NCBI GenBank assembly: GCA_043821485.1
Contig: JBDRCU010000037.1
Location: 28,746 to 92,745 of the forward strand
Direction: 5' to 3'
Length of the DNA: 64,000 bases
Source of the DNA: Parcubacteria group bacterium
GTDB lineage: Bacteria; Patescibacteriota; Minisyncoccia; 2-02-FULL-40-12; IGHO2-01-FULL-4-A
Position numbers and translations under genes: made by a program. The first letter of the stretch is position 1; each line of letters begins with the position of its first letter. Positions 18,915-27,976 of the stretch are shown here, one piece after another. The notes under the pieces were generated by a model that did not search any database, was not told the origin of the DNA, and saw only the letters and a list, made by a program, of their open reading frames with translations.

Positions 18915-19190
18915 GTTAGATATAATTGATTATTATTTAAATCATGAAAATACGTTGTATTTCCACAATATACCCATATTATCATATAATTTCATAGATG
19001 TCCAGATAGCTAAAAAGTACCCAATTGTGCTTATAAATAAGGACTTTTTTGCATATTTAATTTTAACGCATTTTTTCAAAATTATACATTTTTTACTCAT
19101 TATTCGGAAAACTGAGAGTACTGGGAACTTTCTAATTCTAGAGTTTTCTTCCTTTAATAATCCCTAAAAATCCTATATAGTACAAAGACT

Positions 19191-20150
19191 ATGCAACTTG
19201 GAATCGTCGGCCTGCCTAATGTGGGTAAATCCACATTATTCCAGGCCCTGACAAACAAAGAAATTGATATATCGAATTATCCTTTTACTACAATAGATCC
19301 AAATGTAGGTATTGTTACTGTTCCGGATGAAAGACTTGAAAAGCTAACCGAATTATCTAACTCGAAAAAAACCATCCCAACAGCAATTGAATTTGTAGAT
19401 ATTGCAGGGCTTGTAAAAGGCGCTGCAGATGGAGAAGGCCTTGGTAATCAATTTTTGGCCAATATTCGCGAGGTGGATGCAATCGTACATGTTGTACGCG
19501 CTTTTGTGGATGAGGATATCACACATGTCCATAATACAATCGATCCTGCAAATGATATTGAAATAATTGAAATCGAACTAGGATTAGCAGATATGCAAAC
19601 CAAGGAAGCCCGTGAAAAGAAGAGGGACAAAAAGGACATCCCTCCCCTAGAACTCCTCACCGATAAAAAAATCATTTACGCCCTGAATGTTTCAGAAAAA
19701 CAATTAAAGGATGGCTGGAAACCAGATGAAAAAATATTAAAAGCTATGAAAGGAAGCGACTACGTCGTCGTATCCAATACATTTGAACTCCTTCTCTCCA
19801 AGTCTGATTCCGAAGAAAAGAAAGAATATTTAGCAGACATGGGGATTGAACAGTCTGGTTTGGATGAACTAATACAAAAGTGTTACCACACACTCGGACT
19901 AATAACTTTCTTAACTACAGGAGAAGACGAAACACGTGCATGGACCGCAAAGAAGGGAGATCTTATCCCCTATGCAGTTAGTGCTATACATACAGATTTT
20001 GAACGTCTATTTATCCGCGCAGATGTTATTAACTGGGAAGAATTAATAAAAATAGGTTCATGGAGTAAAGCAAGAAACTTAGGGAAAATAAAAACAGTCG
20101 GCAAAGACTATGTCATTAATGAAGGCGATGTTGTGGAAGTGAAGATATAA
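19191..20150 (+). CDS. ychF: Ribosome-binding ATPase YchF (Obg-like GTPase family)
   Basis: The N-terminus is MQLGIVGLPNVGKSTLFQALT...NYPFTTIDPNVG (G1/G2 motifs). A C-terminal TGS-like domain is present. Confidence 0.9.
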   Translation: MQLGIVGLPNVGKSTLFQALTNKEIDISNYPFTTIDPNVGIVTVPDERLEKLTELSNSKKTIPTAIEFVDIAGLVKGAADGEGLGNQFLANIREVDAIVHVVRAFVDEDITHVHNTIDPANDIEIIEIELGLADMQTKEAREKKRDKKDIPPLELLTDKKIIYALNVSEKQLKDGWKPDEKILKAMKGSDYVVVSNTFELLLSKSDSEEKKEYLADMGIEQSGLDELIQKCYHTLGLITFLTTGEDETRAWTAKKGDLIPYAVSAIHTDFERLFIRADVINWEELIKIGSWSKARNLGKIKTVGKDYVINEGDVVEVKI

Positions 20151-20160
20151 AAAGAGGAAA

Positions 20161-20195
20161 GCTCGCAGAGGAGCATTCCTACCACTCCTGCGAGC
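20161..20195. terminator. Stem-loop (GCTCGCAGAGGAG...CTCCTGCGAGC) immediately after ychF, probably a bidirectional terminator
   Basis: The inverted repeat was read directly. On the minus strand it is followed by a T-rich tract, so it would serve the minus-strand island-C gene. Confidence 0.5.
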
Positions 20196-20225
20196 AAGGA
20201 AAGAACAATAATAGGATACTGATTT

Positions 20226-20477
20226 CTACCTTCTTTCTACCGGCTCCACGGATTTCACCGTCCGCGACAAGAAGGACTTTTTCCTGTTGTCGATTTCGAC
20301 CTGCAGACTTTCTGAATTTGTCATACGGGGATTCAGTTCGTCAGGCACTTCGATCGCGACCAGTTCGCGTGAACTGAACGGACTTTCTTCGCCCTCTGTA
20401 ATCGGCCTACATCCTACCTTCCTGAGTTCTTCAGGAAAATCACTAGGAGCAATCGGATGCAACGTAACCCTATACAT
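20226..20477 (-). CDS. Small hypothetical protein (83 aa) in GC-rich island C
   Basis: The ATG follows a GAGGAGGGGATCAGA Shine-Dalgarno context. The product starts MYRVTLHPIAPSDFPEELRK. A hairpin lies downstream. Confidence 0.45.
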   Translation of the reverse strand: MYRVTLHPIAPSDFPEELRKVGCRPITEGEESPFSSRELVAIEVPDELNPRMTNSESLQVEIDNRKKSFLSRTVKSVEPVERR

Positions 20478-20551
20478 TCTGATCCCCTCCTCTCAACTCT
20501 TTGATAACGGATCCCTCAGAAAAGAAACTATCCTATTATCTCAAACGTCCT

Positions 20552-20586
20552 CCAAAAACGCAAGAAGCCCCGGGGGAGGGCTTCTT
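20552..20586 (-). terminator. Rho-independent terminator between the two island-C genes
   Basis: On the minus strand the hairpin AAGAAGCCC-loop-GGGCTTCTT is followed by GCGTTTTT. Confidence 0.55.
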
Positions 20587-20619
20587 GGCCTTCCTCCTCC
20601 GGAGCTACTGGAACTGGAC

Positions 20620-20886
20620 TCAGATCTTCGTGGAAGTCCTGAGCTTTGGGGGAATCTTGTCTAATCCCTTCTTGGGAACCGAGTACAAAGGTGGTACCTT
20701 CTTACAACCCTTAATTCGTATCACGGGTTTCAGTCCTGCGAACGCTCCTCTCGGCTCTGCTTCTCCTCTTGCTTTCCCCAAAGCAATTGCTGAAGCCTCG
20801 GCAGAAGAAAAACCCTCCTGACGAACCTTGCGATTTTCCCCTCCTATGGAGAGGGTAACTTCAAAAATCCCCGAGGAATGACTCAT
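20620..20886 (-). CDS. Small hypothetical protein (88 aa) in GC-rich island C
   Basis: The start is taken at the second ATG (MSHSSGIFEVTLSIGG...), which follows a GGGAGGA Shine-Dalgarno site with 8-nt spacing. The product is a small, possibly alpha/beta protein with a Lys/Pro-rich C-terminal tail. Confidence 0.45.
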   Translation of the reverse strand: MSHSSGIFEVTLSIGGENRKVRQEGFSSAEASAIALGKARGEAEPRGAFAGLKPVIRIKGCKKVPPLYSVPKKGLDKIPPKLRTSTKI

Positions 20887-20958
20887 GATGCCTGATCCTC
20901 CCATTCGGTAGATATCTCAATTATTCCATAAAAAAAAGATCCCGTCTTTCCACAGGTG

Positions 20959-21807
20959 TTAATATCCAAAAAGTTTCAGTTTCTTCTCAATCATTTCCTT
21001 TGTTGCTTCAACTGCTGGTTTTGCAAATTCGTAAGGCGTGGCAGACTCATCATCTTTGGCTAATTCTTCTTCCATTGCATCATGATATGCGATGCGTAGT
21101 TCAGTATTTACATGGACATTGGTTACTCCATGAGCAATTGCTGCTTCGACTTCTTCATCAGACAAGCCCGATCCCCCATGAAGTACGATATGTACATCAG
21201 GAACAACTTCACGAATAGATCTTAAAACATCAATATCTAAATGCATTGTCTGATCTGTTGTAATCCCATGCACATTCCCGAATGCAATTGCCAAACGATC
21301 GATCCCTGTTTTTTCGACAAATTCTTCTGCTTCCTTAGGTTTAGTGTAATCTTCGTGAAAAATTTCAACTTTTTCCTGAACTTTCGAACTTCCGCGCAGA
21401 TATCCCAGCTCCCCTTCAACCATCATGTCTGGATTTTTAGACTTTGCATATTTGACAACTTCTTTTGTAAGTTCAATATTACGTTCAAAAGGCAGAGCTG
21501 ATGCATCAATATGTATTGTGTCATAACCCGCATCCACCGCTCTTGTTGCGGTTTGCCAACCTTTATGATGATCTGCATTAAGAAAAATCGGATGGCCTGC
21601 TTCTTGATATGATTTAACCAAAGCCACAGCCTGATTGTAACCAACAAACAATGCTTCATTTTCAGAAGTAGCAACCATGAGCGGCGATCCGAGTTCTTTA
21701 GCAGTCTCAACAAAAGCCTTTAATTGATCTGCAAATGAAAAATTAAAATGACCGATGGCCCAATGCTCGTCTCTCGCTTGTTTAAAATATTCTTTTAGGG
21801 ATTTCAT
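20959..21807 (-). CDS. fba: Class II ketose-bisphosphate aldolase (fructose-/tagatose-bisphosphate aldolase family)
   Basis: The product starts MKSLKEYFKQARDEHWAIGHFNF and contains ...NADHH... and ...HGGSG... motifs typical of class II aldolases. Confidence 0.82.
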   Translation of the reverse strand: MKSLKEYFKQARDEHWAIGHFNFSFADQLKAFVETAKELGSPLMVATSENEALFVGYNQAVALVKSYQEAGHPIFLNADHHKGWQTATRAVDAGYDTIHIDASALPFERNIELTKEVVKYAKSKNPDMMVEGELGYLRGSSKVQEKVEIFHEDYTKPKEAEEFVEKTGIDRLAIAFGNVHGITTDQTMHLDIDVLRSIREVVPDVHIVLHGGSGLSDEEVEAAIAHGVTNVHVNTELRIAYHDAMEEELAKDDESATPYEFAKPAVEATKEMIEKKLKLFGY

Positions 21808-23057
21808 AATGTTATGAATCCGCGCACAAGATTCTCTTCAATCAATTCATTTAATTTATCACGTCCTAGATATTCAATAAATATCTTATTCCACAATGCT
21901 TCTTCCTGATGGTATAAATACTTGACTGTGCCTTTCTTAACCAAAGACATAGCAAGGTCAATCAGATCAAAACTTACTAAGCGTTCTCCTCCATTTTCTT
22001 TAAAAAAATCTCCTACAAAATCCAGTCCCTGCCAATATCCATAAGCATGCCCTTCTGCACCGGGAATGGATGTTAACTTGCCCAAATCCCCTTCTGCATT
22101 ATACCAGTGTTCTGCTTCAGGATTTACATGCGGTTCAAAAAGTCTAAAATCATTTTCATCATCCTTAGCCAAATATCTCTGAATTATACGAAATGTAATA
22201 GCTCCTTCCTGCGGAGTTGGTTCATCTGATACATCCCCTCTTAACAAGGATTGCACGCTTGGAATAAACTCATCACCTTTACCTGCAAAGTGCCGGAATA
22301 ACCGAGAATAAAAAGGCACTTCATTCAAATAATGGAAAAGTAATGTGAACATGCGCATTGTTTCTCCTGGCGCATCCACAGTAATAGGTGTTATGAATAT
22401 GATTCCATATTCCTTAAGATGGCTTAAGTTATGGTATTTCTTTTTCATAAACTTTTCTGCGACATCAAGCCACTTTGTATCAAGTACCAATACTTCAACA
22501 TCACGCTCTTCAAAGTCATCAGGGGTAAGATCTTTATAAGGCTCGTCAAAAAATTTATGCATCCATTCATTATCCTGCGCAAATCTAAGAGATGAAAATA
22601 CTGAAGCAAATCCTTCTTTTTTAACAAGCTCGGCAACACTGGAATATCCAAAGTGATCGAGCAAATTCTGCGGAGGATGAGATTCAAGCATTTCAATTGC
22701 TTTTTCTTTTTTAATAAAAAATCCCTTGCCGGGTTTACTTAGCTCAAGAGCAGTATCGCACATTCTTCCGCAGACTGGCGACATCTTCCTCAAATCAGGC
22801 TTTCCAAGAAATTCAAAAAGCTGTTTATCCATGAAAGACAAACGTTCAATAAGGGAATTATAGATATCGTCAGCCTTGGCTTCGTTCCTGTCTATACCAA
22901 GCTCTTTAAGAGTTCTTCCAATCAGAAGATCGTTCTCTTCAATAACATTCTGGATCACGCCCTCTTTGCCTGTTATCCCCTGCATCTTATCAGCAAGGCC
23001 TTTGAGTACTTCCGGCTTAGTACGAAGAATCCGAGCTAATTTATCATAATTATCCAT
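21804..23057 (-). CDS. Hypothetical protein (417 aa) co-located with sugar-phosphate enzymes
   Basis: This is a long ORF with no recognised motif. It overlaps fba by 4 nt, which suggests an operon. Confidence 0.55.
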   Translation of the reverse strand: MDNYDKLARILRTKPEVLKGLADKMQGITGKEGVIQNVIEENDLLIGRTLKELGIDRNEAKADDIYNSLIERLSFMDKQLFEFLGKPDLRKMSPVCGRMCDTALELSKPGKGFFIKKEKAIEMLESHPPQNLLDHFGYSSVAELVKKEGFASVFSSLRFAQDNEWMHKFFDEPYKDLTPDDFEERDVEVLVLDTKWLDVAEKFMKKKYHNLSHLKEYGIIFITPITVDAPGETMRMFTLLFHYLNEVPFYSRLFRHFAGKGDEFIPSVQSLLRGDVSDEPTPQEGAITFRIIQRYLAKDDENDFRLFEPHVNPEAEHWYNAEGDLGKLTSIPGAEGHAYGYWQGLDFVGDFFKENGGERLVSFDLIDLAMSLVKKGTVKYLYHQEEALWNKIFIEYLGRDKLNELIEENLVRGFITL

Positions 23058-23220
23058 ATTTAAATTATACCTTAAAAACCTGATAAAAAGGAGCTAATAT
23101 TAGACCATGCTTGTGCTGTCTTGACAATGTATATTAGAAGTGATATATATAGATTATCGTGAACAACGTATTAATCTCCTTCTAACTCCTGGCTCGTCTG
23201 AGCTGGGGAAAGGAACAGAG

Positions 23221-23346
23221 ATGCATCGTAACAAGGATCGGGGCCTACGAGCCCCCAAGAATAAGAGGACATTGAACCACAGTTTCAACCACATCGGCAC
23301 CGCCAACATCGCCACCGACGCCAGCGCCGGCCACCTGTCCGGCTGA
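23221..23346 (+). CDS. Candidate micro-ORF (41 aa) in GC-rich island D
   Basis: ATG preceded by AAAGGAACAGAG. The peptide is MHRNKDRGLRAPKNKRTLNHSFNHIGTANIATDASAGHLSG. A second 11-codon ORF, MHPRPQIRGPP, starts at about 23,388 with an AGAAGGAGACGACG-ATG context. Coding status is uncertain. Confidence 0.3.
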   Translation: MHRNKDRGLRAPKNKRTLNHSFNHIGTANIATDASAGHLSG

Positions 23347-23432
23347 GACAGCAGCCGCGCACGGCAGAAGGAGACGACGATGCACCCGCGACCGCAGATC
23401 AGGGGTCCCCCGTAGGATCCCACGTTCTCCCC

Positions 23433-23467
23433 GGGGCCGCCCCAGAAAGGCGGCCCTTTCACTTTTA
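23433..23467 (+). terminator. Rho-independent terminator (GGGGCCGCC-CCAGAAA-GGCGGCCC then TTTCACTTTT)
   Basis: The hairpin and T tract were read directly. The element is oriented for the plus strand at the end of island D. Confidence 0.55.
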
Positions 23468-24442
23468 GATAACCTCCACTTCCACCAACGGCCATTCACT
23501 AGTTTCGTCTTTCTTCAATATCCCGTCTTTAGCGCCAAACTTTGATACAACAGAAGAAGCGTTTGCAACAGCAAACTGTATAGCTTTAGTAATATCTTCA
23601 CTTCTCATATATTCTGCAACAAAACCAGAAGCAAAGGCGTCCCCTGCCCCTGTACGTTCTTCTATGGGTGAATCCGGAATCCCTGCTTTGTATTTTTTGC
23701 CTTCTTTATCTATAACAAGCACGCCCTCTATTCCTCCACTGACTGATACAATCCCTCCAACTATCTCATGTAGCTTGGATGCAATACCATCCCAGTCTTC
23801 TCTTTTTATTCCTGTTAATTGAGATCCTTCTTCCCTATTGCATGTAAATATATCCATATCGCCTGCAACTTTGAGTAATGCATCCGGACCATCCTTGAAC
23901 ATACTTCCTGTTGTATTGATTGCTAATTTAATTCCCTTGCTTTTCGCATGCTCAACAAGCTTATACATAACATCCCAATTATTCCCTACTGAACCCAGAT
24001 ACAACCACTTAGCATCTATCTTATCCAAATCAATTTTATTAACATCAAAATGCTGTGCCTCTCCTTTATAATTAAGGATCGTTCTACTTCCAGATGAATG
24101 CACCAGAATCACTGAATACGATGTTATATTATCATCATGCTTTTGTATTAAACTCGTATCAACTCCTTCATTCTCTAATACCTCGATAATCTCTTTACCG
24201 TCCTTATCCGCACCTATTATACAAATACTTGCAACATTGTGTCCTTGCCTTGCAAAAGTCACTGCTGAATTTGTTCCTCCTCCGCCAGTCGAGAATACAA
24301 TCTTATCTATATCAATCTTTGAACCAAGCGGGAAACACTCTATCTCCCCTGTTGGAGAATCTTCGCTTTTTGCAATAATAAAGCTATCATCTTCCATGAA
24401 AACATCTTTTGTTGCTGATCCTATTGTTATTACGTCAAACAT
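23465..24442 (-). CDS. PfkB-family carbohydrate kinase (ribokinase-like)
   Basis: The N-terminus is MFDVITIGSATKDVF. The GG motif STGGGGTNSA and the anion-hole motif GAGDAFASGF are present. Confidence 0.85.
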   Translation of the reverse strand: MFDVITIGSATKDVFMEDDSFIIAKSEDSPTGEIECFPLGSKIDIDKIVFSTGGGGTNSAVTFARQGHNVASICIIGADKDGKEIIEVLENEGVDTSLIQKHDDNITSYSVILVHSSGSRTILNYKGEAQHFDVNKIDLDKIDAKWLYLGSVGNNWDVMYKLVEHAKSKGIKLAINTTGSMFKDGPDALLKVAGDMDIFTCNREEGSQLTGIKREDWDGIASKLHEIVGGIVSVSGGIEGVLVIDKEGKKYKAGIPDSPIEERTGAGDAFASGFVAEYMRSEDITKAIQFAVANASSVVSKFGAKDGILKKDETSEWPLVEVEVI

Positions 24443-25079
24443 TCTCTATAGATGACCTTAAGTTGCTGATTGCTTTGTCTACATCACTACTAGTAAAAAT
24501 ATAACTTCCTGAGACAAACATACTCACACCAACCTTCGCAAGAAGCGGTGCAGTCACCGGAGTTATACCACCATCTACTTCTATGGGTATGTCTGGATAC
24601 ATATAGTTGAAGTCTTGAATTTTTTCTATAACGTCCTGAACAAAATCAGATCCATAGAATCCAGGCTCAACAGTCATGAAATGAACAAAATCAATTTGAT
24701 CGATAATATCTTCAATATCATCAGCTGGTGTTTCAGGATTTAATGCAACTCCTACCATAACGTCATTTTCTTTCAAAATATTTATTACCTCTTCAGGCTT
24801 GCTCGTAGCTTCAATGTGGAAAATGAATTTATCTGCTTGCGTATCCAGCCAGTGAGACACATGATTCTCCGGTTTGGAAACCATCAGATGCACTCCTATA
24901 CTAATGTCTGTCTCTAATTCTTTAAGTTGAGGATATCCTTCGATTGTAGCATTAGGTACAAAAATACCATCAGTAATATCCAAATGTATACGATCAACAT
25001 ACGACTCCACCTTTGCCAGATGTTCCTGGAATTCTTCAGCTGTATTTACAAGAATGGATGGAATTATTTCCTTCTCCAT
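24435..25079 (-). CDS. rpe: Ribulose-phosphate 3-epimerase
   Basis: The motif HLDITDGIFVPN matches HxDxMDGxFVPN. The product is 214 aa. Confidence 0.88.
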   Translation of the reverse strand: MEKEIIPSILVNTAEEFQEHLAKVESYVDRIHLDITDGIFVPNATIEGYPQLKELETDISIGVHLMVSKPENHVSHWLDTQADKFIFHIEATSKPEEVINILKENDVMVGVALNPETPADDIEDIIDQIDFVHFMTVEPGFYGSDFVQDVIEKIQDFNYMYPDIPIEVDGGITPVTAPLLAKVGVSMFVSGSYIFTSSDVDKAISNLRSSIENV

Positions 25080-25081
25080 TT

Positions 25082-25537
25082 TTATATTTGTTGTTCTATT
25101 TTACTAATTTTATCTATTCGTCTTTTGTGACGTTCTTGATTACTAAACTCCGTATCCAACCATAGCTTTATCATAGCCTTTGCATTTTCTTCGTCAAGGA
25201 ACCCTGCACCAAGGGATAATACATTTGCATCATTATCTTCACGAGAAAGCCTAATCAAATCTGCATCACCTCCATAATATACGACTGCGCGTACGTTTTT
25301 ATACTTATTTGCAACTATAGCTTCTGCCTGACCACTCCTGCCAAGTACAATGCCTTTGCTATTAACAGGGTCTTCTGAAACCCTAACTCCCACTAAAGAT
25401 ACAAAATCTGGATAATCATCATCTTTGTCATAACTATCAGGCCCCATGTCTTCAAATCCAAAACGCCACTCAGTGAGCCATTCTTTAATCTTTGCCTTCA
25501 ATTCATAACCTCTATGGTCAGATGCTAAATAGATCAT
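25082..25537 (-). CDS. rpiB: Ribose-5-phosphate isomerase B (RpiB/LacAB family)
   Basis: The N-terminus is MIYLASDHRGYELK. The product is 151 aa. Confidence 0.88.
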   Translation of the reverse strand: MIYLASDHRGYELKAKIKEWLTEWRFGFEDMGPDSYDKDDDYPDFVSLVGVRVSEDPVNSKGIVLGRSGQAEAIVANKYKNVRAVVYYGGDADLIRLSREDNDANVLSLGAGFLDEENAKAMIKLWLDTEFSNQERHKRRIDKISKIEQQI

Positions 25538-26526
25538 GACTCTAGTTTATTCAAATATGAGACTGCTGACAATAGGGCTGTTGTTCCTTGCCCAACTGCT
25601 ATAGCTATTTGATTATATGGAATGTTTGTAACATCTCCTGCAGCATAAAGCCCTGACACATTGGTCTCACCCGCCATATTTACAATAATTTGTTTAAAAT
25701 TGTCTTTTTCTGTATCTTCTGGCACTAAATCAGAATTAGGAATCATTCCTATGTGAACAAATATACCCTCAACATCGAGTGTCTGCTCAATGCCTGCTTC
25801 GTCGGTATATTTAAGCCCTGTGACAAAGTCAGTTCCCATAATTTCAGTAGTCTTTGCACTGTATATGACTGTTACATTTTTCTTTGATCTTAAATTATTA
25901 ATCAACATCTGATCTCCTTTAAACTTTGGATTTTTATTAATCACATAAACTTTCTCTGCGATTCCCGAAAGCATAAGCCCTGATTCAAGCGCGGAATTAC
26001 CTCCACCAACTGTTGCTACAGTTTTACCGGTAAATAGCGGACCATCGCAGGTCGTGCAATAACTAACTCCTTTATTTCTAAACTCTTTTTCACCAGGCAT
26101 TCCAAGCTGACGCGGATGTACGCCAGTTGCTACAATAACTGTCTTAGCAAGATAACCACATTTAGGCGCACCGTTAGTCGCCGGATCAATACGTTCAGAA
26201 GCCATCTTTGATTCTTTGCCTTTGCCTGGAGTTATACAGAACAATCCATCTTCTTGCTTGACTATATGAGCTACTTCAACACCTTCTTCAATATCGACAT
26301 TGTAATGTCTAAGGTGTTCCTTAAATTTCATAGTCAACTCAACACCGTCGATCTTCGTAAAACCGGGATAATTTCCTATCTCTCCTGATACTACTACTTC
26401 TCCTCCAAAATCTTTTGTAATTATTTTAAAGTTAAGACCCCGTCTTGCGGCGTATATTCCTGCAGCTGTTGCAGCTGCCGATCCTCCGACAATAAGGAGG
26501 TCTAGAGGTTTACTATTTTGATCCAT
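25534..26526 (-). CDS. trxB: Thioredoxin reductase-like FAD/NAD(P)-binding disulfide oxidoreductase
   Basis: A GxGxxA FAD-binding motif LIVGGSAAATAAGIYAARRG is present. A redox-active CTTCDG motif is present. A GG motif precedes a second Rossmann fold. Confidence 0.8.
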   Translation of the reverse strand: MDQNSKPLDLLIVGGSAAATAAGIYAARRGLNFKIITKDFGGEVVVSGEIGNYPGFTKIDGVELTMKFKEHLRHYNVDIEEGVEVAHIVKQEDGLFCITPGKGKESKMASERIDPATNGAPKCGYLAKTVIVATGVHPRQLGMPGEKEFRNKGVSYCTTCDGPLFTGKTVATVGGGNSALESGLMLSGIAEKVYVINKNPKFKGDQMLINNLRSKKNVTVIYSAKTTEIMGTDFVTGLKYTDEAGIEQTLDVEGIFVHIGMIPNSDLVPEDTEKDNFKQIIVNMAGETNVSGLYAAGDVTNIPYNQIAIAVGQGTTALLSAVSYLNKLES

Positions 26527-27966
26527 AATTATAGTATATCATTAGTGCCAAATCTTCTAAAACAATTAAAAGAATCTCCTTATCTATCGATACTGTCCAT
26601 AATATTCTTGAGTCTCCTCACTCATTTTCTATTTTTCAGCCATCCAGGCCAAGTGGTATTCGATGAAGTTCACTTCGGCCGTTTTGTAACAGGCTACTTC
26701 ACTCATGAATACTTTTTTGACATTCATCCCCCGCTTGGCAAACTCCTTATAGCTGGCATGGGCTATATTGCTGGCTTTAAACCGGGCATAAGCTTTGAAA
26801 CGATTGGCAATGCTTTTCCAGATAACACTTATGTCTGGCTCCGATTGCTTCCATCTCTTGCCGGAGCTCTTATCGCCCCTGTCATATACCTATTGCTTCG
26901 TGAGCTTAAATTTTCCAAAGCCATGTCATGGCTCGCAGGCATATTGATTGTATTCGAAAGCGCTCTATTAGTACAATCCCGATTCATGCTGCTCGATGCA
27001 TTCCTGCTTCTGTTTGGATTTGTCGCCTTTCTTCTATATGCACGATTCCATAATACAGATAAACTGCGCTATCTTATTGGAGCATTCATATTCGCAGGAT
27101 TATCCTTGTCTATCAAGTGGACAGGTCTGACATTTCTTGGCGTTATTGGATTGATTGAAATAATTAAAATTCTCAAAAACTTCACTTGGCAAAAATTCTG
27201 GCGTTTGTTTGGCGTAACTGCATTAGCCCTCATCATATACTTCTCATTTTTTGTTATACATTTTCATCTATTATACAAATCCGGCCAAGGAGATGCATTT
27301 AGTTCTTCTGAATTCCAAAAAACGCTTCAAGACAGCAACTACGAGAACGATAATACCATTGATAACTGGAATAGCAATCCAATAACAAAAGATCTTAAAA
27401 AATTTATAGAGCTAAACTCGACAATGCTTGGATCAAATTCCGGACTCAATGCAACTCATCCATATTCAAGCAAATGGTATACTTGGCCATTCATGCAGAG
27501 ACCAATGTTTTACTGGAGCGACTTTACTTCTGCAGATCAAGCACCCGACGAGAAGGATCACAACGATCGAATCTATCTAATCGGCAACCCTGTCATTTGG
27601 TGGGGATCAACTTTTGCAATGCTATATTTTATCCTTATTGCTCTGTCTGAACTTCCTTCAGTTCTTCTCAAAAAGAAAAAGACAGACAAATTCATGTGGA
27701 TATTGATTGGCGTATATATAGCCAGCCTGCTTCCATTTATCGGAGTCTCACGAGTATTATTTTTGTATCATTACTTCACCTCACTAATCCTAGCCATCAT
27801 TGCTCTTGCTTATCTTCTAGACAATTTACCGAACAAAAAACGGATTATTATTCCGTTCCTTGCTTTATCTATAGCTGCATTCATATTCTTCTCCCCTATC
27901 ATATACGGCCTGACAATCCCTGAATGGCTGTATAATCTTCAAGCTTGGTTCCCAAGCTGGAGGTAA
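26518..27966 (+). CDS. GT-C glycosyltransferase, PMT/family-39-like (dolichyl-phosphate-mannose protein mannosyltransferase-like)
   Basis: The product is a polytopic membrane protein. A DEVHFGRF...HPPLGKLL first-loop motif is present. Confidence 0.72.
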   Translation: MIHNYSISLVPNLLKQLKESPYLSILSIIFLSLLTHFLFFSHPGQVVFDEVHFGRFVTGYFTHEYFFDIHPPLGKLLIAGMGYIAGFKPGISFETIGNAFPDNTYVWLRLLPSLAGALIAPVIYLLLRELKFSKAMSWLAGILIVFESALLVQSRFMLLDAFLLLFGFVAFLLYARFHNTDKLRYLIGAFIFAGLSLSIKWTGLTFLGVIGLIEIIKILKNFTWQKFWRLFGVTALALIIYFSFFVIHFHLLYKSGQGDAFSSSEFQKTLQDSNYENDNTIDNWNSNPITKDLKKFIELNSTMLGSNSGLNATHPYSSKWYTWPFMQRPMFYWSDFTSADQAPDEKDHNDRIYLIGNPVIWWGSTFAMLYFILIALSELPSVLLKKKKTDKFMWILIGVYIASLLPFIGVSRVLFLYHYFTSLILAIIALAYLLDNLPNKKRIIIPFLALSIAAFIFFSPIIYGLTIPEWLYNLQAWFPSWR

Positions 27967-27976
27967 ATATCCGAAT

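Noticed and set aside
18733-19167. 144-aa plus-strand ORF overlapping the 5' end of the fic gene and the AT-rich spacer.
   Set aside because: It lies mostly in an AT-rich intergenic region, has odd composition, and overlaps fic on the opposite strand.
20200-20940. A GC-rich stretch of about 750 nt without long ORFs; considered as a structured RNA (RNase P RNA, tmRNA or a group II intron), partly because the minus strand contains GAAAGTCCG.
   Set aside because: None of the other RNase P motifs is present (GGGTGAAA-GGTGCGGTAAGAGCGCACC, ACAGAACCCGGCTTA). The tmRNA tRNA-like end is absent. The region resolves cleanly into two short ORFs, each with a strong Shine-Dalgarno site and a terminator.
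23154-23499. Minus-strand ORFs of 84-113 aa in island D.
   Set aside because: They are antisense to the Shine-Dalgarno-bearing plus-strand micro-ORFs. Their junk-like composition (Arg/Gly/Pro runs) is typical of GC-rich non-coding frames.
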